Part shown: positions 44,720-53,916 of the stretch, piece by piece
How the letters are laid out: every line of letters begins with the position of its first letter
How positions within the stretch are numbered: position 1 is the stretch's first letter
Assembly: GCA_963743915.1 (NCBI GenBank)
Contig: CAVURN010000001.1
Location: 224,001-288,000, forward strand
DNA length: 64,000 bases
Direction: 5' to 3'
Source: an uncultured Actinomycetota bacterium
Lineage (GTDB): Bacteria; Actinomycetota; Actinomycetes; JAHEKZ01
Made by a program: the position numbers and the translations under genes
Notes under the pieces: generated by a model
Database searches by the model: none
Seen by the model: only the letters and a program-made list of their open reading frames with translations
What the model was told of the DNA's origin: nothing

Positions 44720-45977
44720 GACCTGGCTGAGCCAGCGACTTCGCGAAGGCGCGGACACACTGCAAGTACCCTTCGACCTCACTGATGTGGTCGTCAATGA
44801 AGCCATCCAGTCGCAGTCCCGGAGCAAGCGAATCCACTCGGCCGCGCAGGTGGCAGCAGTGGTGGCAGTTGTGGCGTTCGTTGTTCTCGGTGTCAGTGTC
44901 ATCAGAAGCAAGGACACCCAGACGCCGACTCCTGCCGACTCCCCGACACCGAACAACACGATGGCACCAATCACCGACCGTGCAACCGCCCTGCTTGGGA
45001 CCTGGGAGTTGGTCGTCTGGGAGGGCGAGCCCGTGCGTCGCTCCAAGGGGATGCCCAACAGCGCACTTGCGACTTTCCAGACCGACGGGACCTGGGAAGG
45101 ATACGACGGATGCAACTTTCTCAACGGCACATACCGCGTGAGGGCAGATGGCAACTTCGTGTCGACCATCAACTCCACAACATATGCCGCTTGCCCCGGT
45201 ATGACGCTGCCCGCCATGCCCGCTGTGGGTGCAGTCCGAGTGTCCGTTGACGATGACGCCGCCATCTTTCTTGATGCCTCGGACGAGCCCGTGGCGAAGT
45301 ACCGCAGGCCAGGAGGACAGCTCGCGGCTGAAGCGAGAGTGGTCACTCGACCCGACGGCGCGGCTCTTGCGCTCAGCACCTACGGCAGCGGCAGTTGCCC
45401 AACCCGGATGGCCTCCATCTCGCTTGATGGTGACGGTCAACTGATGGTGCAGATCGCAGACTCGCCTGACACGCCTTGCACAGCCGACTTCCGCAGGTCG
45501 ACCGATGTCATGACGCTGCCCGATGGCGTCGACCTGAGCGCTCCGCTCACCGCCACCCTGGTGGGGAGGCAGCCCCGCATCACGCTGCTTGTCGACACAC
45601 CAGCCGGACTGGGAGAACCGTTGCTGGTCGTAGCCAGAAACTGGGATGGCGGGTCAGTGAGGACGGCTCGCCTGGAAGGGACCCTAGGGGCGAACGAGCA
45701 AGGCTGCGTCACCGTGGGCGGAACGGTCGTGATGTGGCCAAGCACTTACCACCTGGTCACCGACCGGGCAGATATGTGGGCTATCGCCACCACCGATGAG
45801 CGCTACGGGCCCGGGTACATGAACGTCCTCGCAACCGAGGGCGAGTCCGTAGTCCTCGCCGGTCACGTGACGCCGTTCCAGGTGCGCTCCGGGCCGTTAC
45901 CCACTGCGAATCACTCAGAGTGCCTCCTCGACAACGACTACTGGACCGGGATCATCGAGTTACCACCGAACGACTAG
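44703..45977 (+). CDS. Membrane-anchored META-domain protein (putative anti-sigma), copy B
   Basis: One TM; LLGTW..DGTWEGYDGCN; STYGSGSCP; ARLEGTLG..GC. Confidence 0.8.
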   Translation: MAPPPETWLSQRLREGADTLQVPFDLTDVVVNEAIQSQSRSKRIHSAAQVAAVVAVVAFVVLGVSVIRSKDTQTPTPADSPTPNNTMAPITDRATALLGTWELVVWEGEPVRRSKGMPNSALATFQTDGTWEGYDGCNFLNGTYRVRADGNFVSTINSTTYAACPGMTLPAMPAVGAVRVSVDDDAAIFLDASDEPVAKYRRPGGQLAAEARVVTRPDGAALALSTYGSGSCPTRMASISLDGDGQLMVQIADSPDTPCTADFRRSTDVMTLPDGVDLSAPLTATLVGRQPRITLLVDTPAGLGEPLLVVARNWDGGSVRTARLEGTLGANEQGCVTVGGTVVMWPSTYHLVTDRADMWAIATTDERYGPGYMNVLATEGESVVLAGHVTPFQVRSGPLPTANHSECLLDNDYWTGIIELPPND

Positions 45978-45995
45978 ACGTGTGACTGGCTCGGC

Positions 45996-46397
45996 TCAGT
46001 ACTGCTCGCAGGTCTCGATCCCTAGGTGCACCTTCTCCTGGTCTTTCGCCGTGAGTTCCAGGCCACGCCAAACACTCGCTCCCTCATTGAGTTCGGCTGG
46101 TTCATAAGCGGCTATGTGCAGGAGACGCTGGGCATTCCAGAGCCGGTGGACCTCACGCCTCAGCGTCTTGTCTCCCGCTGCCTCCTCGCCTGCTGGATCG
46201 AGGGCCCACACCTGCGTGTAGCCGTCCTCGAACGCTTCTCGATCCTTGGACTCGTAGGCAGTCGCCATCGTCCGAAGCCCGTCGCAAGCATCGGCCATGG
46301 AGGACTCGTATGGGCTGGAACATCCTCCGAGGGAAAGCGCGACGAGAGCACCACTCGTCAGGCCGACGACGCGACGCAGAGACCTCGATACCCCCAT
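45996..46397 (-). CDS. Small helical lipoprotein (module gene 4, copy B)
   Basis: Lipobox LGGC; paralog of 37956-38357. Confidence 0.8.
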   Translation of the reverse strand: MGVSRSLRRVVGLTSGALVALSLGGCSSPYESSMADACDGLRTMATAYESKDREAFEDGYTQVWALDPAGEEAAGDKTLRREVHRLWNAQRLLHIAAYEPAELNEGASVWRGLELTAKDQEKVHLGIETCEQY

Positions 46398-46457
46398 GGC
46401 GCAAGGGTAGGTGGTCGGCCGAAGCCCCCGCAGGGTTCTGTGTCGTGCGCCCGGGGT

Positions 46458-46886
46458 TCACTCTTCGGCCAGTAGCTCCAGCAGAGTCCGTCTCAGCTCG
46501 GCCATCCGTCGCTCTCCCAGTCGCGCCGTGAGCGCGGCCTCCGTCTCTCCGAAGGCCCGCAGAACGGTGTACACGGCCGCCCATCCCCGGTCGGTGAACT
46601 CGATGAGCTTGGCGCGACCATCTGTCGGGTCGGGGACGCGATGCAGATAGCCCATGGCGACGAGGTCGGCGACTAGCTCCGACATCGCCTGCTTGGTCAT
46701 GCCTGCTCGGTCTGCAAGGTGGGTGAGACGAATCCCTTCGGGGGGCACGAAGGGGAAGACCCTGTCGTAGACCATCCGCTGGTCGGTGAAGCCCGCGTCC
46801 CAGAGGGCTTGCAGCAGCTGCTGGGAGAACCTGGCCGAGCACAGGCCAAGGAGCCGTGCCAGAGGAGCCTGGGATTCGTCGCTCAC
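46458..46886 (-). CDS. MarR family regulator
   Basis: LADRAGMTKQAMSELVADL..GY..PDPTDGRAKLI.FTDRG. Confidence 0.93.
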   Translation of the reverse strand: MSDESQAPLARLLGLCSARFSQQLLQALWDAGFTDQRMVYDRVFPFVPPEGIRLTHLADRAGMTKQAMSELVADLVAMGYLHRVPDPTDGRAKLIEFTDRGWAAVYTVLRAFGETEAALTARLGERRMAELRRTLLELLAEE

Positions 46887-46896
46887 GCCGTCAGTT

Positions 46897-46955
46897 TAGT
46901 CAGGGGACTTGACTAGGTGTCCGAGCGTGAGGAGACTAGTCAGGAAACCTGACGA
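46897..46955. promoter_or_regulatory. Two palindromic operators between divergent marR and SRPBCC genes
   Basis: tagtcaggggacttgacta (46897-46915) and tagtcaggaaacctgacga (46937-46955). Confidence 0.75.
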
Positions 46956-46987
46956 AAGAGTCAGTCCACGGTGCAGGGAGCAGGCGG

Positions 46988-47446
46988 ATGACCGAACGCA
47001 GCGCGAAGTCCTGGACGATCGAAGCCCGGGTGACTCCCGAGGTCGCCTTCAACTACGTGGCGGATGTCACCCGTCATGCGGAGTGGTCGCCCAAGCCCTA
47101 CCGGGTGGAACCGGCACCTTCGTTGCCCCTGACAGAGGGGACCCGGTTTCGCTCGATAGGTCAGGTGCCCGGGGACAGGGAGCACGCCAACGACATCGAG
47201 GTGACCACCGTCCAAGCCCCGCAGGTGCTCGTCCTGACGAGCACCGACAAGGGCGAGCGGTATGTCCACAGATTCGACGTGGAAGCGTGCGGCGACGGGT
47301 CCCGCGTCACCCGCACGGTGGACGCACCGATGCCTACTGGCCTTGTTCGGCTCATCTTCCCAGTGATCTTCGCCCTCCTGATCAAGCCTGACGTCGACAA
47401 GGGCATGCGGATGCTGCAGGAGAATCTGAACACCCTCAGCACCTGA
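46988..47446 (+). CDS. SRPBCC (START/polyketide cyclase) family protein
   Basis: PEVAFNYVADVTRHAEWSP pattern, 152 aa, C-terminal helix. Confidence 0.85.
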   Translation: MTERSAKSWTIEARVTPEVAFNYVADVTRHAEWSPKPYRVEPAPSLPLTEGTRFRSIGQVPGDREHANDIEVTTVQAPQVLVLTSTDKGERYVHRFDVEACGDGSRVTRTVDAPMPTGLVRLIFPVIFALLIKPDVDKGMRMLQENLNTLST

Positions 47447-47503
47447 ATCTTGGCTGTTACGAGCTCGTCCACCGGAATGGCGTTCACTTGCCTCACGTGA
47501 AAG

Positions 47504-47531
47504 GGAACCAGATCGGCCCCTGCCGCGTGTA
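47504..47531 (+). promoter_or_regulatory. ECF-type promoter, leaderless
   Basis: GGAACC-N16-CGTGTA, GTG 7 nt later. Confidence 0.7.
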
Positions 47532-47537
47532 AGGAGT

Positions 47538-48047
47538 GTGGACTCGGTGACGGACGATCTGGCGTCCTTCTATCGGCGTACCTGCCCAGCGCTGGTCGGG
47601 CTGCTCACGTCGGTCGGTGGATCACGCAGTGATGCCGAGGAGATCGCTCACGACGCGTACCTCGCGTTGCTTCCACGTTGGAACCACGTCAGAACCTACG
47701 ACAGTCCTGAGGCGTGGGTGCGGACGGTTGCCCTGCGGTCACTGATCAGTCGGCAGCGACGTGCCCGAGTCGCATCACTTGGACTGCGCCGCCTCGCGCA
47801 CGAGCCCTTGGCCGACGCCCCGCCTCCGAACAGCGACAGTGTGGCGGTGGCTGCGGCTCTCCGCACTCTGCCGGTCGGCCATCGCGCAGTCCTGGTGCTC
47901 CACCACGGGCTTGACCTCTCGGTCGAGCAGGTGGCGCGCGAGCTCGATATCCCGGTGGGCACGGTGAAGTCGCGACTGGCCCGGGCGCGGTCGGCGGTAC
48001 AGCCGCTGCTCGTCGACGAAGAGAGGTCCGAGCATGAACGACGTTGA
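47538..48047 (+). CDS. ECF sigma factor (SigE family), copy 4, paralog of copy 1
   Basis: YDSPEAWVR, LVLHHGLDLSVEQVA, PVGTVKSRLARAR. Confidence 0.93.
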   Translation: MDSVTDDLASFYRRTCPALVGLLTSVGGSRSDAEEIAHDAYLALLPRWNHVRTYDSPEAWVRTVALRSLISRQRRARVASLGLRRLAHEPLADAPPPNSDSVAVAAALRTLPVGHRAVLVLHHGLDLSVEQVARELDIPVGTVKSRLARARSAVQPLLVDEERSEHERR

Positions 48048-49389
48048 CACGCTGGTGCGCCAGTATCTGCAGGACTGCACGCCTGCGGAGATGACGCTCC
48101 GTGAGCTCAGCCCCGGGCAACGCAGCCAAACCCACGGACGCCCGCGTGCCTCCGTCGCTGTGCTCGCAGCGGTGGCCGCTGCGGTGCTGCTGGTGGTGGG
48201 AGTGGTCATCGCGCGCGAACAGGTTGACCCAACAGAAACAGTGGCCCCGCCTGCTGTCGACGTCGTGACCTCCGACAGCGCGGACCTGCTCGGCACGTGG
48301 GTGGTACTCGGTCAGGCCTCTGCCGATCCCGCCGATCTCGAGCGGCAGGTTCGCATGACGTTCCTGTCGGACGGAACGTGGTCTGGATGGGACGGCTGCA
48401 ACTCGATCGCCGGCACCTATCGTGTCAACGATGTAGGTGTTCTCCGAGTCGCGGCCAAGTCGAGCACCCTGGTCGCGTGCACCAAGCAGTCGGACATCGC
48501 CCTTCCCCTCGACCAGGACCTGACCTTCGAGACCGGATCCTCAAGGATCACGCTGAGCAATCTGGACGCAAACGAGGTGTCCGTCCTCTGGCGTCCCGGC
48601 GGCCAGTACAACCCGACGGCGCAGATGCTCGCAGCGGGCGCGGAAGGCTGGCGGCTGAAGCTGACGACCTGGGGTGGCGGCGGGTGCCCATTCATCCCCT
48701 CCGATGTCACCTTCTCAGGCGAGAATCAGCTGACTGTCGACAGTCGGGTGTTCTACAAGGCCTGTGACACCAGTCTCGTCGGAACCTCGCGCTCCACCTC
48801 CGTGGACCCCTCGCAGATCGAGGACGGATCACCGGTCACGGTCACGCTGAACGGCCTCTACTCCGCCCCCGTGACGGTTCCCGTGGACATGACTGCGGTT
48901 GACGGGAACTCCGGCCCCATGCGCACGTTCGACGTGGGTGTCGTGCTGGTCGACATGCCCCCGATCGGGTCCGAGGCCGAACCGACCCTCGTCACATACC
49001 CCACAACTGTCGAGTCTACCGGCGACATCGGCTGGGACGCGGTCAACGCGCTCTTCACAACGGTGGCCTCGGACGGCAAGGCCGTCAACGGGTTCAACCT
49101 CGGGCACGACGGCCGGTACCCCGCGGCTGCGGTCAACTCGGTCGTCGTGGGCAGCGACATGATCACCGTCGACATTGACCGCAACGTGTGGGACCCGTAT
49201 CCGACGGCCGATGGGAACTGGCCCGGCGGCGAAGTGGTGATGCAACAGCTGGTGTGGACGTTGCACGGGGCTCTGGGAACGGATCTGCCGGTGCTGCTCA
49301 CGGTTGACGGGGAGCCCGCGCGCGGCATCTGGTTCCACCGACTCGACGGCCCGGTCGCTGCTGAGCCGGCGATGGAACCTGCTCGCTGA
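48034..49389 (+). CDS. Membrane-anchored META + GerMN-like protein (putative anti-sigma)
   Basis: One TM; GTWSGWDGCN META; TWGGGGCP; C-terminal ITVD..QQLVWTL..V.LTVDG (GerMN-like). Confidence 0.78.
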   Translation: MNDVDTLVRQYLQDCTPAEMTLRELSPGQRSQTHGRPRASVAVLAAVAAAVLLVVGVVIAREQVDPTETVAPPAVDVVTSDSADLLGTWVVLGQASADPADLERQVRMTFLSDGTWSGWDGCNSIAGTYRVNDVGVLRVAAKSSTLVACTKQSDIALPLDQDLTFETGSSRITLSNLDANEVSVLWRPGGQYNPTAQMLAAGAEGWRLKLTTWGGGGCPFIPSDVTFSGENQLTVDSRVFYKACDTSLVGTSRSTSVDPSQIEDGSPVTVTLNGLYSAPVTVPVDMTAVDGNSGPMRTFDVGVVLVDMPPIGSEAEPTLVTYPTTVESTGDIGWDAVNALFTTVASDGKAVNGFNLGHDGRYPAAAVNSVVVGSDMITVDIDRNVWDPYPTADGNWPGGEVVMQQLVWTLHGALGTDLPVLLTVDGEPARGIWFHRLDGPVAAEPAMEPAR

Positions 49390-49436
49390 CTGAAAGAGTT
49401 ACGGGTCGGCCGGCCCAGGGCATTACCGTACGACTG

Positions 49437-51211
49437 ATGCCCCCTAACCTCGCCGAACGCTTCGCAAGCATGCGGTCGCTCTGGCGCATCAGGGTCTACG
49501 TCCGCCCTTATGCGGGTCAGATGATCCTGATGACCGTGCGTGGCGGCCCTCGCGGTCGGAGCGAGCATCGTCGTGCCCCTGGTGACGATGTCGGTGGTCG
49601 ACGGTCCGATCGCCGACGGCGACCGGCCGGACTCGTGCCCGCTGGGCCTGCTCGCACTGCTCCTCGGGGTGCTCGAGGCCCTGCTCATCTTCATCCGTCG
49701 ATGGGTGCAGTCGTACGCCGCTCTCGGCGTCGAGACGGCGGTCCGCGACGACCTCTACGCGCACCTGCAGAGCGCTGTCGGTGTCGTTCCACGACCGTTG
49801 GCAGGCGGGGCAGCTGCTGTCCAGTGCGACCACAGACCTGTCGATCATCCGCCGCTTCCTCTCCTTCGGCCTGGTCTTCCTGGTCGTGAACATCGCGACG
49901 TTCGTCGTCGTCGTGGCCCTGCTGATCCACCTGTATCTCCCGCTGGGCGTCATGGTCGCGCTGTCGTCGATTCCTCTGTCTCCTCATCTCGCGCGGCCTG
50001 GGCCGCGCCTACCTCGGCGCCTCGCGGCTCGTCCAGGACCAGCAGGGTGACGTCGCGACGTTCGTCGAGGAGTCAGCGGTCGGGGTCCGGATGATCCGGT
50101 CCTTCGGACGCCGTCAGCACGTCGGCGAGGTGTTCCGCGAGCAGCGCCCAGACGTCCTGCACGACTCGTCGGTCCAGAAGTCCGTGCTCGTGGCCCGTTT
50201 CTGGTCGCTGCTCGACCTCATCCCGAACCTCACCCTCGGTGCCACACTGCTGTTCGGCGCGCTGGCGGTTGCCCAGGTGCAGCTCACCCTGGGGGAGCTG
50301 GTCGCCTTCGTGTCGCTCATGCTGATGCTGGTCTGGCCCGTCGACGCCCTTGGCTGGATCATCGCCAACGGCCAGGAGGCGATGACGGCAGCGGACCGCA
50401 TCTACGAGGTGTTCGACACCGAACCGGAGATCACCGACCGTCCGGGGGCGATCGAGCTCGTCCGAACGCCTCGGGACTGCTGCGGTTCGAGGACGTCTGC
50501 TTCTCCTACGGCGAACGCCTCCGAGGTCGTGCTCGAGCACGTGGATCTCGAGGTCGCTCCCCGGCGAGACGCTCGCGGTCGTCGGGATCACCGGCAGCGG
50601 CAAGACCACGCTCACGTCGTTGGTTCCGCGGCTCTACGACGTCACGAGTGGCCGCATCACGCTCGACGGCATCGACGTCCGCGACATCCGGCTCTCGTCG
50701 TTGCGACAGGTGGTCGCGACGGCGTTCGAGGACGCGACCCTGTTCTCGGCCAGCGTGCGGGAGAACCTCACCCTCGGGTTACGCCGAGGCGACCGACGAC
50801 GAGGTCGCGCAGGCACTCGACCTGGCGCAGGCGACGTTCGTGTACGACCTGCCCTGGGGCTCGACACCCGGATCGGCGAGCAGGGCATGTCGCTGTCCGG
50901 CGGTCAGCGGCAGCGACTCGCGCTTGCGCGGGCCGTCATCAGCCGAGCCCACCGTGCTCGTCCTCGACGACCCGCTGTCGGCGCTCGACGTCCACACCGA
51001 GTCGCTGGTCGAGCGGGCACTGCGCCGCGTGCTGACGACGACGACTGCGCTGCTCGTCGTGCACCGACCGTCGACGGTGGCTCTGGCCGACCGGGTCGCC
51101 CTGCTCGAGGACGGGACGATCCGGGCGGTGGGCACCCACGCCGAGCTGATGCAGTCCGAGCCGTCCTACCGGGCGGTGCTGTCGCAGGAGTCCGAGGACG
51201 CGGCCGCCTGA
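49437..51211 (+). CDS. ABC exporter permease/ATPase (multiple apparent indels)
   Basis: Fragments across frames: TM helices, [27 protein letters not shown]. Confidence 0.85.
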
Positions 51212-53088
51212 TGCCGAGACCGACCGACGCTCAGCAGACGGCTCCCGACTCCATGGAGGCCGACGATCACAGCTGGCGCGGTGTGTCGCTCGGAGCCGGA
51301 CGACGACGCGATCACCGTCGAGGTCACGCAGGCATTGCGCGGCCGCAGCCGCCGGCTGCTGCGCAGCCTGCTGCACCCGCACAAGCGCGCGATCGGACTC
51401 GCGATCGGTCTTCTGCTCCTGCAGAACGCGGCGAGCCATGGCGGGTCCCTACCTGGTGTCGGTCGGCATCGACAAGGGCATCGCAGCCGATCGCCGAGGA
51501 TGGCGACCCGACCGTCCTCATCACGGTCACCGTCGCCTTCGTCGTCGCGGCCATGACCGAGTACCTCGCCAAGCGGTCCTTCCTCATGGCGAGCGGTCGC
51601 ATCGGTCAGGCGGTCCTCTACGACCTGCGCACGCGCGTGTACGACCACTTCCAGCGGCTCTCGCCCGCCTTCCACGAGCGGTACACGTCCGGACGCGTCA
51701 TCTCACGGCTCACGAGCGACGTCGACGCGCTCGGCGAGCTGCTCGACGGTGGGGTCGACGACCTCGTGCTCGCCGGACTCTCGGTGGTCTCCGTCGGTGC
51801 CATCCTGCTCGTTCCTCGACCTGCCGATGGGCCTGGTCACCCTGCTGAGCTTCCCGTTCCTGCTCTGGCTGTCCCGCTGGTTCCGCCGCCACTCGGCGAT
51901 CGCCTACCGCCGCACCCGCGAGACCGTGGCCCTCGTGATCGTGCACTTCGTCGAGTCGCTCGGCGGCATCCGTGCGGTCCAGGCGTTCCGCCGCGAGGAC
52001 CGCAACCAGGAGATCTTCGAAGACGCTCAACATCGACTACCGGCTGCGCGAACGAGCGCGCCTTCAAGCTGGTGGCCATCTTCGCGCCCGGCATCAAGCT
52101 GATCGGCAACGTCACGATCGCCGTCGTCCTGGTCTACGGCGGCTACCGGGTGATGGACGGGCAGGTCGAGGTCGGCGTGCTCGCCGCATTCCTGCTGTAC
52201 CTGCGGCGGTTCTTCGAGCCGATGCAGGAGCTGTCGATGTTCTACAACTCGCTGCAGTCGGCGACGGCGGCCCTCGAGAAGCTGTCCGGGGTGCTCGAGG
52301 AGACGCTCGACCGTGGCCGAGCCGGAGAACCCGGTCTCCCTCCCCGGGTCCGGGGCAGCGTCGACCTCGACCATGTGACCGTTCGCGTACCGCGAGGTCA
52401 CGGTCCTGCCCGACCTCGACCTGCACATTCCCGCAGGGCGAGACGCTGGCGCTGGTCGGGGCCACAGGTGCGGGCAAGACGACCATCGCGCGGCTGGTCG
52501 CCCGCTTCTACGACCCGGTCGAGGGCACCGTGCGGCTCGACGGGGTCGACGTCCGCAGACCTGGCCGAGGAGGACCTGCGGCGCACGGTCGTCATGGTGA
52601 CCCAGGAGAACTTCCTCTTCTCCGACACGGTCGCGAACAACATCCGCTTCGGGCGCCCGTCGGCGAGTGACGACGCGGTGAGGCGGCGGCTCGGGCCATC
52701 GGAGCCCACGACTTCATCGCGGCCCTGCCCTGACGGGCTACGACACCGACGTCGGCAAGCGCGGCGGACGCCTGTCGGCCGGCCAGCGGCAGCTGGTCGC
52801 GTTCGCGCGAGCATTCCTCGCCGACCCGGCGGTGCTGATCCTCGACGAGGCGACGTCGTCGCTCGACATCCCGAGCGAACGCCTGGTGCAACGCGCCTGC
52901 GCACGATCCTGGCCGACCGGACGGCGATCATCATCGCCCACCGCCTGTCGACGGTCGAGATCGCCGACCGCGTCATCGTCCTGCGAGGCGGGCCGGATGG
53001 AGGAGAGCGGCAGTCCTGCCGAGCTGCTGCACGGCGAAGGGCAGCTACGCCGGCCTGCACGCCGGCCTGGCTCGAGTCGTTGCTCTAG
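51211..53088 (+). CDS. ABC exporter permease/ATPase partner (multiple apparent indels)
   Basis: Fragments: [47 protein letters not shown]. Confidence 0.85.
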   Translation: MPRPTDAQQTAPDSMEADDHSWRGVSLGAGRRRDHRRGHAGIARPQPPAAAQPAAPAQARDRTRDRSSAPAERGEPWRVPTWCRSASTRASQPIAEDGDPTVLITVTVAFVVAAMTEYLAKRSFLMASGRIGQAVLYDLRTRVYDHFQRLSPAFHERYTSGRVISRLTSDVDALGELLDGGVDDLVLAGLSVVSVGAILLVPRPADGPGHPAELPVPALAVPLVPPPLGDRLPPHPRDRGPRDRALRRVARRHPCGPGVPPRGPQPGDLRRRSTSTTGCANERAFKLVAIFAPGIKLIGNVTIAVVLVYGGYRVMDGQVEVGVLAAFLLYLRRFFEPMQELSMFYNSLQSATAALEKLSGVLEETLDRGRAGEPGLPPRVRGSVDLDHVTVRVPRGHGPARPRPAHSRRARRWRWSGPQVRARRPSRGWSPASTTRSRAPCGSTGSTSADLAEEDLRRTVVMVTQENFLFSDTVANNIRFGRPSASDDAVRRRLGPSEPTTSSRPCPDGLRHRRRQARRTPVGRPAAAGRVRASIPRRPGGADPRRGDVVARHPERTPGATRLRTILADRTAIIIAHRLSTVEIADRVIVLRGGPDGGERQSCRAAARRRAATPACTPAWLESLL

Positions 53089-53092
53089 CCGT

Positions 53093-53737
53093 TCAGCCGG
53101 CCGCCTCGGCGCGTGCCTTGAGCCCTCGCAGCATGCCTCGCGCCATCACGAAGTCCGCGGGCACGATCGTCGCGACGTAGAGCGCGGCGAACCACCGCGG
53201 ACTCATGCGCCCACGAACCCGAAGGTGGACGCGCGTGCCGGAGGCCTCGGGCGTCAGGGTGAAGCACCAGGTCCAGACGATCCGGGCGTCGTACTTCTCG
53301 TCCCAGCCGGGAGGCACGTGGGTGGTCGACCTCAGCACGAGCAGCCAGGGAGGATCGACCTGGTCGACCACGTACTCGGCGGTTCCTGGAGGGCCGTCGG
53401 GGATGGTGTCGCCGACGGACAGCTCCCGTGCCAGGGAGGGATCGATCCGGTCGAGGCTCGGCCAGTTGCCGGGGAACAGGAGGCGGTCGACCCACTCCGG
53501 CGTGTAGTACCCGGCCCGGTGCCACCCCATCTGGGTGAGCCAGGGCCAGATGGCGTCCGGCGTCGCAGCGATCGAGACCGCGTGGTCGGTGACCAGCTGT
53601 GGTGCAGGTACCAGCTCGTCACCGGGCAGGCCCGCCCGTCGCTCCTCGGTCGTGGAGCCCGCACGGCGCCCGAGCACCTGAAGCGCACCGTACGCGGCCA
53701 CCGCGCCGAGCCCGAGGGACCAGCCCAACCTGCGCAT
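53093..53737 (-). CDS. SRPBCC-like conserved hypothetical protein
   Basis: [48 protein letters not shown]. Confidence 0.8.
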   Translation of the reverse strand: MRRLGWSLGLGAVAAYGALQVLGRRAGSTTEERRAGLPGDELVPAPQLVTDHAVSIAATPDAIWPWLTQMGWHRAGYYTPEWVDRLLFPGNWPSLDRIDPSLARELSVGDTIPDGPPGTAEYVVDQVDPPWLLVLRSTTHVPPGWDEKYDARIVWTWCFTLTPEASGTRVHLRVRGRMSPRWFAALYVATIVPADFVMARGMLRGLKARAEAAG

Positions 53738-53831
53738 GGCCCACCTCCCAGTGACCCCAGCCTTGCAGGCGAGCGGATCCGTGCACAACGGCCTCGAAGT
53801 CCACCCGGGGACATCCGGCATATGCGGCGTC

Positions 53832-53858
53832 CTCAAGGGTGTCACCCGATCGGCCGAT
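53832..53858 (+). promoter_or_regulatory. Putative sigma-28 promoter for the chemoreceptor gene
   Basis: CTCA-N17-GCCGAT. Confidence 0.6.
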
Positions 53859-53916
53859 TCCTTGCGTGACCGGAGGTTCAGCAGACGCCGCTCCGTGCGG
53901 CGCAGGGGAGTCGACC

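Larger units (their letters stand above)
43497..46413. repeat. Four-gene module, copy B
   Basis: Colinear with 35447-38373. Confidence 0.92.

Noticed and set aside
35447-46413. Assembly duplication, or DGR template/variable repeat
   Set aside because: The copies differ throughout while keeping frames, changes are not adenine-specific, and there is no reverse transcriptase; a strain chimera cannot be fully excluded without reads
32018-49400. Integron cassette array or prophage
   Set aside because: No repeated attC-like sites between genes, no IntI-specific features seen, genes carry their own promoters, and no virion genes are present
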